A stretch of DNA of 64,000 nt from contig JACDEL010000001.1 of assembly GCA_013816405.1 (NCBI GenBank), positions 30,925-94,924 on the forward strand. The letters are read 5' to 3'. A program made the translations under genes and the position numbers. Origin of the DNA: Chloroflexota bacterium (lineage in GTDB: Bacteria > Chloroflexota > Limnocylindria > QHBO01). Positions 27,057-36,157 of the stretch are shown here, in pieces. Positions within the stretch are counted from its first letter, which is position 1. Each line of letters starts with the position of its first letter. The notes under the pieces were generated by a model. That model saw nothing but the letters and a program-made list of their open reading frames with translations, did no database searches and was not told where the DNA came from.

Positions 27057-27907
27057 CGGCGAGTCTCGACCGTCGTCCGGGCAGCTCGCAGGAGGTCTAG
27101 CAGCGTTCCGTGGTGCGGCTCCGGGGCAGCTACGATGCTCAGCCGTGCACCCCGTTTGGCGACGTTCCACCACGCCGCACCGTGAAGGTCTGAGATCGTC
27201 GCCCCACCACGCTCCGCGATCAGGCCTGCCGCCGCGATGTCCCACAGCGAGAGCCCACCATTCTGGACGAACGCGTCGAATCGGCCCGATCCCACGTACG
27301 CGAGCGCCAGCGCGGCGCTCCCCATGCGACGCCCGATCCGGATCTCGTGCGCAACCCGCCGCTCACGGGCGATACCACCTCGACCGATGATGGCCAGGCT
27401 CACCACGAAGTCACCCAGCTCAGCCTTGTCGCTGGCGCGCACCGGCTCGCCGTTGAGCGTCGTGGGACCGCCAGCGGTCGCGGCGTAGCAGTCGCCTCGG
27501 AGCGGATCGAGGACCACGCCGACGACCGGCACGCCCTCTTCGACAAGGCCGATGGAGACGCAGAAGAACGGGATCCCGTTGGCATAGTTCACCGTGCCGT
27601 CGAGTGGGTCGATGACCCAGGTCCGTCGGCTCCATCGGCCCCTCCCACCTGCCGCGGGGGATTGCCCGGCCTGGTCCGCGCGTTCGTGACGCCCGGACTC
27701 CTCGGCCAGGATGGCATCGCCCGGGAAGCGGTCGCGGATGGCCTTGATGACGAGAGCTTCGCTGGCGTAGTCCACGTTCGTGACGACGTCCCGCTTGCTC
27801 TTGCGATCGATCTTCATTGCCTGCTCGTAGCTGGCGCTGAGCAGCTCTCCAGCCTGGCCCGCCAGAGAAACCGCAAACGCAAGGTCATTCTCGTGCGAGG
27901 TGGGCAT
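27053..27907 (-). CDS. inositol monophosphatase family protein (SuhB/ImpA-like)
   Basis: WVIDPLDGT and FDAFVQNGGLSLWDIAAAGLI motifs. There is a low-complexity insertion before the metal-binding motif. Confidence 0.85.
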   Translation of the reverse strand: MPTSHENDLAFAVSLAGQAGELLSASYEQAMKIDRKSKRDVVTNVDYASEALVIKAIRDRFPGDAILAEESGRHERADQAGQSPAAGGRGRWSRRTWVIDPLDGTVNYANGIPFFCVSIGLVEEGVPVVGVVLDPLRGDCYAATAGGPTTLNGEPVRASDKAELGDFVVSLAIIGRGGIARERRVAHEIRIGRRMGSAALALAYVGSGRFDAFVQNGGLSLWDIAAAGLIAERGGATISDLHGAAWWNVAKRGARLSIVAAPEPHHGTLLDLLRAARTTVETRR

Positions 27908-27917
27908 CTGAATCGAT

Positions 27918-27967
27918 CCTAGCGGAGCGGCGGTAAGTCCACCCTAGCGGAGCGGCGGTAAGTCCAC
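27918..27967. repeat. perfect 25-bp tandem direct repeat x2 (CCTAGCGGAGCGGCGGTAAGTCCAC)
   Basis: Seen directly, 11-60 bp upstream of the IMPase start codon. Confidence 0.8.
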
Positions 27968-27994
27968 GCTCATCCCCCGGTAAGGTGGGTCCTG

Positions 27995-28022
27995 CAACAG
28001 TTCAGGTGACTTGAAGAGTTGG
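27995..28022. promoter_or_regulatory. palindromic motif site B (CAACAGTTCAGGTGACTTGAAGAGTTGG)
   Basis: Same GTTCA-N7-TGAA(C/G) core, flanked by AGTTGG as in site C. Confidence 0.4.
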
Positions 28023-28037
28023 AGACCGCGGTAATGA

Positions 28038-28361
28038 AACGCACGCAGACAACGAAGTCTCAGCGGTGAGCGCCATCGGTCTGTCTTGGCGGGTGGCCCA
28101 ACCGCCTTCGTCGAGGCGGACCTGGACCTCCACGCATTCGTGGCAGGCGTTGCTCGCAGCCCGCTGCATGCGGCCCTTGAGCGAATGGCTGGCGTGGGCC
28201 TCCGGACTGATATGACCGGCCGGGCACGGCGCCGGGCGCGCGACGAAGAACTCGATGAGCTGCATCGGAGACTGGTCGACGCGATCGATACGTCGGACGC
28301 CGAGGCCGCCTGCGCAACGGCACGGGCGATTGCCATCGCCGAGGGCGCAGCGCCCGACTAG
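28038..28361 (+). pseudogene. GntR/FadR-family regulator remnant (C-terminal FCD half only)
   Basis: In-frame segment ...AFVEADLDLHAFVAGVARSPLHAALERMAG...DEELDELHRRLVDAIDTSDAEAACATARAIAIAEG resembles the second half of an FCD domain. No HTH and no upstream start are present. Confidence 0.35.
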
Positions 28362-28388
28362 CGACCTCGCTGCGTTACCCTATCGGGC

Positions 28389-29126
28389 GTGCCACAGATC
28401 CACCTCCGTGCGGAGCCAGGAGACTACGCCCCGCTGGTGCTGCTGCCGGGCGACCCGAATCGGGCTCGCAGGATCGCCGAACGCTTCGACGGAGGACTGG
28501 CAAAGGCTCGGCAGGTGACCGAGCATCGGGCGCTCTACGGCTGGACCGGCACCTACCAGGGGCACCCGGTCAGCGTGCAGACGTCGGGCATGGGGACACC
28601 CAGCTTCGCGATCGTGGCCGAGGAGCTGTTGCGGCTGGGCGCGAAGCAGCTGATTCGCGTCGGGACCTGCGGCGGAATCGCCCCTGGGCTGCGGACCGGC
28701 GACCTGGTGGTCGCCCTCTCTGCCTGCCCGACCGATGGCGCCACCAGCACCTACCTGCATGGCGACCGATACGCCCCGACCGCCGACTTCGCCCTGACGC
28801 ACGCCCTCGTGCACGCGGCCGAAGAGGCGGGGATCCCGGTACGGATCGGGCCGGTGGCATCGGTCGACGTCTTCTACAACACCGATGCCGATTACTTCAG
28901 CAAGTGGCGCGAACGCGGAGTGCTCGCCTTCGAGATGGAGGCGTCGGTGCTCTTCTACCTGGCGTCGCGCGCCGGGGTCCAGGCGGCCTGCCTGCTCACG
29001 GTGAGCGACGTGCTCAACGAGGGAGAGGGTACGGAAGAGACGTACATGTCGCTCGAGGACCTGGATGCCGCTGTCGAGCGCATGATCGAGGTGGCGCTGA
29101 CAGCCGCCGTACAATCGGGGCAATGA
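28389..29126 (+). CDS. purine nucleoside phosphorylase, DeoD/PNP-UDP family
   Basis: PNP_UDP_1 fold (SGMGTPS, VGTCGG, FEMEAS). Confidence 0.8.
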   Translation: MPQIHLRAEPGDYAPLVLLPGDPNRARRIAERFDGGLAKARQVTEHRALYGWTGTYQGHPVSVQTSGMGTPSFAIVAEELLRLGAKQLIRVGTCGGIAPGLRTGDLVVALSACPTDGATSTYLHGDRYAPTADFALTHALVHAAEEAGIPVRIGPVASVDVFYNTDADYFSKWRERGVLAFEMEASVLFYLASRAGVQAACLLTVSDVLNEGEGTEETYMSLEDLDAAVERMIEVALTAAVQSGQ

Positions 29127-30256
29127 CCGATACCCTCGCCCGCCCTCCCGCCGCGGACGCGACGGCAGACTTCCTCCCCCTCAAGGGGATCGACCACGTC
29201 GAATTCTGGGTCGGGAACGCGAAACAGGCGGCGGCCTACTATCGGACCCTCTGGGGCTTCACCCCGGTCGCCTATGCAGGCCTCGAGACGGGGGTCCGTG
29301 ACCGCGCCAGCTACGTGATGGTGCAGAACGACATTCGCTTCGTCTTCACCGCCCCGCTGACCGACAGCGGGGAGCTGGCCGAGCACGTACGCCGGCACGG
29401 CGACGGGGTGCACGACATCGCCTTCGCCGTCGACGACGTGACATCGGCCTGGCGCGAGACGACCGCGCGGGGAGCGGTGAGCGCGCTGGAGCCGGCCGAG
29501 ATCACCGGCGAGAAGGGCGTGCTGCGTCGCTCCGCGATCCACACCTACGGCGAGGTGCTCCACACGTTCATCGACCGCAGCGAATACACCGGCACCTTCG
29601 CTCCCGGCTATCACCGCATCTCGAAGCCCGCTGCCGCAGCCACCGGACAGCAGCTGCTCGAGGTGGACCACTGCGTCGGGAACGTGGCGCTCGGGGACAT
29701 GAACCGGTTCGTCGACTTCTACCGCGACGTGCTGGGCTTCTCTCAGCTGATCCATTACGACGACAAGGTGATCCACACCGAGTACTCCGCCCTGATGAGC
29801 AAGGTCATGCAGTCGGGCAACGGGCGCATCAAGTTCCCGATCAACGAGCCGGCGGACGGAAAGCGCAAGAGCCAGATCCAGGAGTTCCTCGACTACTACC
29901 TCGACGCGGGGACCCAGCACATTGCCCTGCGCACCGAGGACATCGTGGGCACCGTGCGTGCCCTGCGATCACGGGGAGCGGAGTTCCTGGGCATGCCTCA
30001 TGAGTACTACGCCGCGCTGCCGGAGCGCGTCGGCGACGTCGGCATCCCCATGGAACTGCTCGAAGAGCTGGGGATCGAGGCCGATCGCGACGAGGAGGGC
30101 TACCTGCTGCAGATCTTCACCAAGCCGGTGCAGGATCGGCCTACGTTCTTCTTCGAGATCATCGAGCGCCACGGGTCGCGCGGCTTCGGGGTTGGCAACT
30201 TCAAGGCCCTGTTCGAGGCCATCGAGCGCGAGCAGGAGAAGCGCGGCAACCTCTGA
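29123..30256 (+). CDS. hppD: 4-hydroxyphenylpyruvate dioxygenase
   Basis: ATGA overlap. The two VOC modules and C-terminus are typical of HPPD (FFFEIIER...GFGVGNFKALFEAIE). Confidence 0.9.
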   Translation: MTDTLARPPAADATADFLPLKGIDHVEFWVGNAKQAAAYYRTLWGFTPVAYAGLETGVRDRASYVMVQNDIRFVFTAPLTDSGELAEHVRRHGDGVHDIAFAVDDVTSAWRETTARGAVSALEPAEITGEKGVLRRSAIHTYGEVLHTFIDRSEYTGTFAPGYHRISKPAAAATGQQLLEVDHCVGNVALGDMNRFVDFYRDVLGFSQLIHYDDKVIHTEYSALMSKVMQSGNGRIKFPINEPADGKRKSQIQEFLDYYLDAGTQHIALRTEDIVGTVRALRSRGAEFLGMPHEYYAALPERVGDVGIPMELLEELGIEADRDEEGYLLQIFTKPVQDRPTFFFEIIERHGSRGFGVGNFKALFEAIEREQEKRGNL

Positions 30257-30283
30257 CCCCGCGCCGCCTCAAGAACGGAACGG

Positions 30284-30733
30284 ATGCCAGCCCGACCGCG
30301 TCCTCGGCTCATGCGCATCGCCCTCCTCTGCGCCTTCGCTACGTTGCTGCTGAGCGGGTGCGCTTCCGGGGATCCATCACCGTCACCGTTCGGCCAGGAC
30401 TGCGGGGCCGAGGATCAGGAGTTGGGCACCAACCTCAACCAGGATGGGCGCCGCTGCCTGCTCGACGCGTTCGAGCGCGGGATGGCGGCCACGTTCATCA
30501 GCCGCCTGACCACCGTCGAGGGCGACCCGATCATTCGCACCTACGTGGTCCTTGGGCCCGGAGACGTGCGCATCGCTCATGACGCCAGACTCGACAAGTT
30601 CGGCTCGGGGAAGGTCGAGCTCCTGCGCTGCGTGGGACTCGTGCCGGTGGCGGACTGGAACCGAGCCATGAACGACCCGATGCGCGCCGAAGAAGTGTTC
30701 GTCGAGGACCGCTGCGAGACCTACAGCCTGTAA
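30284..30733 (+). CDS. putative lipoprotein, hypothetical
   Basis: Signal peptide with a lipobox (LLLSGCAS). Confidence 0.5.
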   Translation: MPARPRPRLMRIALLCAFATLLLSGCASGDPSPSPFGQDCGAEDQELGTNLNQDGRRCLLDAFERGMAATFISRLTTVEGDPIIRTYVVLGPGDVRIAHDARLDKFGSGKVELLRCVGLVPVADWNRAMNDPMRAEEVFVEDRCETYSL

Positions 30734-30765
30734 CCCGAACATCGAGTCCCCTTGCGAAGCTCGAT

Positions 30766-30794
30766 CCCCAACTGATCAGATCACTTGAACAGTT
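30766..30794. promoter_or_regulatory. palindromic motif site C (CCAACTGATCAGATCACTTGAACAGTTGG, ~29-bp imperfect palindrome)
   Basis: Lies 26 bp upstream of the FAH-family gene start. A -10-like TAGACT follows. Confidence 0.45.
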
Positions 30795-30819
30795 GGTGAC
30801 CTCGTAGACTCCAGCCAGC

Positions 30820-31830
30820 ATGAAGATCGCGCATGTTCGGGAGATCAACGCGCCCGCGGGCACGCAGTGGCGGCTGGCGGCGGCCCTGGATGCGCGAGAT
30901 CCCCCGCAGGGCTGGCTCGACCTGGAGCCGATGCGGCGTTCGCAGGTGCAGGCGGATCCGCGCCTTGCGCACAATTCAAGGCTCCATCGACAGCCGCTCA
31001 CCACGCTGGACGCCCTGCTCGCACGCGGCCTGCGCGTCGCGGCGCTCAGCGAGCTCGCCGAGGCGGCCGCGAGCGCAGAAGAACCGGCGCTTGACGTGGC
31101 CGACCTGGAGTTCGGGCCGCCGGTCCTCGAGCCGCCCACCCTGCGCGACTTCTACGCCTTCGAGGGCCACGTCAAGACGATGTGGGAGCGGCGCGGGGGG
31201 ACCGTCCCCGAGGCGTGGTACCGACTTCCGATCTTCTACTTCAGCAACGTATCGGAGATCCGCGGGCCGGGTGACCAGGTCTGGCGCCCGGCCACATCAC
31301 AAGAGCTCGACTACGAGCTGGAGGTGGCCGCCCTGGTCGACACGGATGTGAGCGACCTCTCGCCGGAGCGCGGCGAGGAGGCGATCGGTGGCTACATGGT
31401 CTTCAACGACTGGAGCGCACGCGACCTCCAGCGCGAGGAGACGGCGGTGCGCCTCGGGCCGGCCAAGGGCAAGGACTTCGCGTCCTCCATCGGCCCCTGG
31501 CTGGTCACCCCCGACGAGCTGGCGGACGCCCGGCGGGGGAACGGCTACGACCTTGCCATGACCGCCACGGTCAATGGCACGGAGCTGTCACGCGGGAGCT
31601 GGGCCGACGCCCAGTTCAGCTTCGGCGAGATGGTCGCCCGTGCCAGCGCCGATGCGCGGCTGCGCCCCGGCGACCTGCTCGGCTCGGGAACGGTCGGCAC
31701 CGGCTGCCTGCTGGAGGTCAAGGACGAGATCCTGAAGCGCTACCTGGAGCCCGGTGATGTGGTGACGCTGACGGTCGAGCGGCTTGGCGCGTTGACGACG
31801 CCCATCGTCGAACGGCCGGCCGACCGATGA
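30820..31830 (+). CDS. fumarylacetoacetate hydrolase (FAH) family protein
   Basis: C-terminal FAH fold (GYMVFNDWSARDLQ...GDLLGSGTVGTGC) with an N-terminal ~110-aa extension. Confidence 0.8.
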   Translation: MKIAHVREINAPAGTQWRLAAALDARDPPQGWLDLEPMRRSQVQADPRLAHNSRLHRQPLTTLDALLARGLRVAALSELAEAAASAEEPALDVADLEFGPPVLEPPTLRDFYAFEGHVKTMWERRGGTVPEAWYRLPIFYFSNVSEIRGPGDQVWRPATSQELDYELEVAALVDTDVSDLSPERGEEAIGGYMVFNDWSARDLQREETAVRLGPAKGKDFASSIGPWLVTPDELADARRGNGYDLAMTATVNGTELSRGSWADAQFSFGEMVARASADARLRPGDLLGSGTVGTGCLLEVKDEILKRYLEPGDVVTLTVERLGALTTPIVERPADR

Positions 31831-33266
31831 GGAGCGAGACGGTGGCCGCGGCCCTGGCGCGGATCAGCGCCGTCGAGCGGCGTCTGGCAGAGCATGCCGC
31901 GCGACCGCTGCCGACCGGCCTGAGCGACCCGGATCCCGGCGAGGAGGAGCGCTGGGAGGCGGGCCAGGTGTGGGCGCACCTGGCCGAGTTCCCCGCCTAT
32001 TGGCACGAGCAGGTGCGACGCATCCTCGCGACCCATGACGCTGGCGTGGCCGGCCCCATCCCCTTCGGCCGCCTGAAGACCGATGCAGGACGCGTCGACG
32101 CGGTCGAGCGGGAGCGGCGCACGGCACCGGGCGAGCTGCTCCGGCGCGTCACTGCCCAGATCGAGGAGCTGTCGAGGACGCTGACGGCCCTTCCCGCCGC
32201 TGCCTGGGACGTCGTCGGTCTGCACCCGGCCCGCGGCGAGACGAGCGTGTCGACGATCGTCGAGCGCTTCGTGCTGGCGCACCTCGAAGAGCACGCCGAG
32301 CAGCTCGACAGCCTCGAGCTCGTCTCCATCGAGGAGATCCGTGCGGCCGCTGCGCGAATCCGAGGAGTGGCGCTGCACACCCCGCTGCTCCGCTGGGACG
32401 ATCGGACCTGGCTCAAGCCGGAGAGCCTCCAGCCGGTCGGCGCCTTCAAGATGCGCGGCGCCTACAACGCGGTGGCCTCGCTCACCGACGAGGAGCGCGC
32501 TCGCGGCGTGGTCACCTACTCGAGCGGGAACCATGCCCAGGCCGTTGCCCGGGCGGCGCGACTGCTGGGCGTCCACGCGGTAATCGTCATGCCGGAGGAC
32601 GCCCCGCCGGTCAAGGTCGAAGGGGTCCGTCGCGATGAGGCCGAGATCGTGGTGGCTGGGCGGACGGGGGAGGAGCGCCACGCGATCGCGCTCGAGCTGG
32701 TGGAGCGGGACGGTCGGGTGATGATCGAGCCGTACGACGACCGGCGCATCATCGCCGGGCAGGGGACTTGCGGGCTGGAGATCGCGGAGGACCTGCCCGC
32801 GGTCACGAGCGTCCTCATCCCGGTGAGTGGCGGCGGGCTCTCCGCCGGGATCGCCACCGCCATCAAGGCGCTCGCTCCATCGGCGCGCGTGATCGGCGTC
32901 GAGCCGGAGCTGGCGGCCGATGCGCGCGAGTCGCTGGCGGCGGGCGAGATCGTGCGATGGGACGGCTCGCTCACGACGCGCACGATGGCCGATGGGCTTC
33001 GCGTCGAGCGCCTCGGCTGGCTCCCCTTCCTCCACCTGCGCCGCTACATGGACGAGATCGTCACCGTCAGCGAGGAGCAACTCGCCGATGCCATGCGTCA
33101 GCTTGCGACGCGGGCACGACTCGTGGTCGAGGCCTCGGGCGCGGCGGGGATGGCGGCCCACCTCTCGGGCGCCGCACCGCAGCCCGAGGGCGACAACCAC
33201 CGGGTCGTCGTCATCAGCGGCGGCAACGTGGACCCGGCCGCGTTCGCGAGGATCCTGGCCGGCTGA
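31827..33266 (+). CDS. fusion protein: DinB_2/maleylpyruvate-isomerase-N-like domain + PLP-dependent threonine/serine dehydratase
   Basis: N-terminal ~155 aa carry WEAGQVWAHLAEF and ERFVLAHLEEHAEQL motifs. C-terminal ~320 aa carry PVGAFKMRGAYN (PLP-Lys), SSGNHAQA and a Gly-rich loop. No stop or start separates the two parts. ATGA overlap with the FAH gene. Confidence 0.75.
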   Translation: MRSETVAAALARISAVERRLAEHAARPLPTGLSDPDPGEEERWEAGQVWAHLAEFPAYWHEQVRRILATHDAGVAGPIPFGRLKTDAGRVDAVERERRTAPGELLRRVTAQIEELSRTLTALPAAAWDVVGLHPARGETSVSTIVERFVLAHLEEHAEQLDSLELVSIEEIRAAAARIRGVALHTPLLRWDDRTWLKPESLQPVGAFKMRGAYNAVASLTDEERARGVVTYSSGNHAQAVARAARLLGVHAVIVMPEDAPPVKVEGVRRDEAEIVVAGRTGEERHAIALELVERDGRVMIEPYDDRRIIAGQGTCGLEIAEDLPAVTSVLIPVSGGGLSAGIATAIKALAPSARVIGVEPELAADARESLAAGEIVRWDGSLTTRTMADGLRVERLGWLPFLHLRRYMDEIVTVSEEQLADAMRQLATRARLVVEASGAAGMAAHLSGAAPQPEGDNHRVVVISGGNVDPAAFARILAG

Positions 33267-33268
33267 TC

Positions 33269-34461
33269 TCAGGCCGCGACCCGGGCGGTGCGGCGGGCGC
33301 CAACCAGCAGGACTGCCGAAATGCCGGAAACCAGCAGGCCCATGGCCGCGACAGTTGCGTAGCCGATCCCGAACCCTCCTGCCTGTGCCACTGCGCCGGC
33401 CACGAACGGCCCGATCCCCAGCCCTGCCGAGAGGGCGGTCGAGTAGCCGCCCAGTCCCGTCGCGCGCAGCTCCGCCGGAGCCCGCTCGCTGATCACGACC
33501 TGGATCATCATCAGCGTGAAGGCGAGCGCCAGGATCGCCGTCATGAAGACGGCCGCGATCCCGATCGGCCCGGTCTGCAGTCCCAGCAGGGTGGTGATCC
33601 CCGCGTAGGCCGCGCAGCCGCCCGCCGTCGCCAGCGGCGGCACCGCCCGCCGGTCGATCAACCTACCGAGTGGCACGCGCGACAGTCCATTGGTGATCGA
33701 CTGGAGCGCCAGCAACAGGCCGATGGAGCCCGCCGCCAGGCCGATCGAGGTGCCGAAGAGCGGGAAGAGCCCGCTCACGGCGCCCCATGGCAGCCCGATC
33801 CCGAACCCCGCCACCCAGCAACCCACCACCACCCGATCGCGCGCCAGCAAGCCGACCATCGTGGGCAGGCCGCGGACATCGATCCGGGTGCGGACCGCGC
33901 CGCGCATCAGGATCGGTCCGACCAGCGCCACCAGCGCGAGGCCGGTTGCGACCAGGTAGGTCTGCGGAATGCCCAGATGCTGCCAGGCCAGGCCGCCGAC
34001 CGCGGGGCCTGAGGCGATCCCGGTGTGCGTTCCGAGTGTGAGCCAGCCGAAGGCCGACCCGCGCCGCGCCTCTTGCGCGCTACCGGCCACGTAGGCGCCG
34101 ATGGCCGGCAGGAAGAGCGACGAGGTGAGGCCGGAGAGGATCGCCCACGCATATAGCGGAGCAGTGCTGCCGGTCGATTGCGCAAGGATCGGGATGAGGT
34201 TGACCGCCGCACTCCCCAGCACAGCCACGATCAGGGTTCGACGCGTCCCCCACGCATCGGACACGACGCCGAACGGGAGGCTGAAGAGGGCACCCAACCC
34301 AAAGCGGATGGCGGCGATCGTGCCGGCCTCGGTCAGCGAGCCGCCCAGCGACTGGACGTGCAACGGGATGGCGACCCCCGACGCCCACTGGCCAAGGGTG
34401 AAGGTGAACGTGGCTAGGTACGCCGGCCAGAGCGGCCGCCCCTGGAGGCGGACGGTCACGT
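33269..34461 (-). CDS. MFS transporter
   Basis: 12 hydrophobic segments. GTG start overlaps the HDAC gene stop (GTGA). Confidence 0.8.
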
Positions 34462-35526
34462 GCCGCGCAGGCCGCTCAGGAGGGCCACGGCGTTGGCCCC
34501 GAGCGCATGGATCGCGTAGCCGCCTTCCTGGAGCACGATCATCGGCAGGCCGAGCCCGCCGATCATGCGACCGATGTCGCGGTAGTCGGGGGTTCGCAGG
34601 CTGAGGTCGCCGATCGGGTCGCGTTTGAAGGTGTCGAATCCCGCCGAGATGACCAGCGGCGCGTCCGGGGCGAAGGCCACGATCATCCGGAGTGCCTCGG
34701 CCAGGGCCACCGCGTAGGCATCGAGCCCCGTTCGGGCAGGCAGGGGCCAGTTGCGCGTCAACTGTGCGCCATCGCCAGCGCCCTGTTCTCCGGCATAGCC
34801 GGAGAAGTAGGGATAGGCCCGCGCCGGGTCGGCGTGCAGGGAAAGGTACAGGACGTCGCCCCGCTCCCAGAAGATCTGCTGCGTGCCATTGCCATGGTGG
34901 TAGTCGATGTCGAGGATCGCGACCCGCCGCGCACCCCCCTCGCGGCGCAGCCACTCGGCCACGATCGCCGCGTTGTTGAAGTAGCAGTAGCCGCCCAGCA
35001 TGCCCCGGGCGGCGTGATGGCCCGGCGGGCGGCACAGGCCGTAGGCGAGTGAGGCGCCGCCCAGGACCCGCTCGGCCGCGGTCAGCGCCACGTCGACCGC
35101 CGCAAGCGCGGCCGTCCATGTCCCGACCACGATCGGCGTTGCCGTGTCGAACAGGTAGCCTCCAAGCCGGTGGTGACGCCCGGCAGGGAGCTCGCTCGGC
35201 GGCATCGGGCCGCGGTAGGCCGCCAGCAGGAACGTATCGGGCAGCCAGGCCCGCGAGCCGTCGGTGGCACCGGCGGCGAGCGCATCGGTCCATGCGTGCT
35301 CGAAAACCTCGACCATCTCCGCGTCGTGGACCGCCAGGATCGGCGCGCGCCCGTGCTCGGTCGGATCATCGAAGGCGAAGCTGCCGTCTTCGAGCAGCGC
35401 CGCCTCGATGGCCAGCACCCGCTCGGGCGACTCCCAGCAGGGGATCTCGACTCCGCTGGCGAGCTCGATCAGCCCGGTGTGGGCGAGGTGCGCATCGGAA
35501 CGGATGACGGGGACGAGGTCGGACAC
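34456..35526 (-). CDS. histone deacetylase-family amidohydrolase (AcuC / acetylpolyamine amidohydrolase-like)
   Basis: CRPPGHHA, ILDIDYHHGNGTQ and SAGFDT motifs. GTG start at 35526. The longer ORF N-terminus is noise. Confidence 0.8.
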   Translation of the reverse strand: MSDLVPVIRSDAHLAHTGLIELASGVEIPCWESPERVLAIEAALLEDGSFAFDDPTEHGRAPILAVHDAEMVEVFEHAWTDALAAGATDGSRAWLPDTFLLAAYRGPMPPSELPAGRHHRLGGYLFDTATPIVVGTWTAALAAVDVALTAAERVLGGASLAYGLCRPPGHHAARGMLGGYCYFNNAAIVAEWLRREGGARRVAILDIDYHHGNGTQQIFWERGDVLYLSLHADPARAYPYFSGYAGEQGAGDGAQLTRNWPLPARTGLDAYAVALAEALRMIVAFAPDAPLVISAGFDTFKRDPIGDLSLRTPDYRDIGRMIGGLGLPMIVLQEGGYAIHALGANAVALLSGLRGT

Positions 35527-35554
35527 GGACGCGTGCCAGTGTACCGATGCCTCG

Positions 35555-36040
35555 CTACTGGACGGCGCCCTTGGTGCCCCAGCGCTCCAGCTCCGCCTCG
35601 AGGTCGAGCGGAAGCACCACGCCCGAATCGGCGTACTCGCCCCATGCCTCGCGCGGAACCTGCCACATGATCTCGAACTCGTTGCCGTCCGGGTCGCGCC
35701 CGTAGAGCGACTTGCTGACGCCATGGTCGCTGGCACCACCCAGGGCCCCGGCCTCGGAGAGTGCCTTGGCCGCGGTGGCAAGGTCCTCGATCGTGCCGAC
35801 CTCCCAGGCCAGGTGGTATAGCCCCACCGAGCCACGGGGCGGGCGAGGAGCCTCCGCTCCCACCTCGAACAGGCCCAGGTCATGGTGATTGCCACCGCTC
35901 GGCGAGCGCATGAACGCGGCGCGCATGCCCTGCGGCCGCTCCAGCTCGTCGAAGCCGAAGACGCGGTGGTAGAACTCGGCCGCCTTGTCCGCGTCGCGGA
36001 CCCAGAGGACGGCGTGGTTGAGTCGGGTCACGTTGAACAT
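35555..36040 (-). CDS. VOC family protein
   Basis: 161 aa, glyoxalase-like (HAVLWVRD...DPDGNEFEI). Confidence 0.75.
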   Translation of the reverse strand: MFNVTRLNHAVLWVRDADKAAEFYHRVFGFDELERPQGMRAAFMRSPSGGNHHDLGLFEVGAEAPRPPRGSVGLYHLAWEVGTIEDLATAAKALSEAGALGGASDHGVSKSLYGRDPDGNEFEIMWQVPREAWGEYADSGVVLPLDLEAELERWGTKGAVQ

Positions 36041-36157
36041 GGAGGGTCGTCTCCCCGGCCGCCGTGCGGCCGCATCGGTCTAGTTGCTGATACAACGAGT
36101 CTAGCGCAGCCCGCGAAGGGATCGAGGGCGGCATGTGGACTCTAGAATGGCCGCACC

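Noticed and set aside
28086-28361. 91-aa TTG-initiated ORF as an independent small protein
   Set aside because: It reads as the C-terminal half of an FCD domain with no HTH, so it is more likely a regulator remnant than a functional small gene. It is retained as a low-confidence pseudogene.
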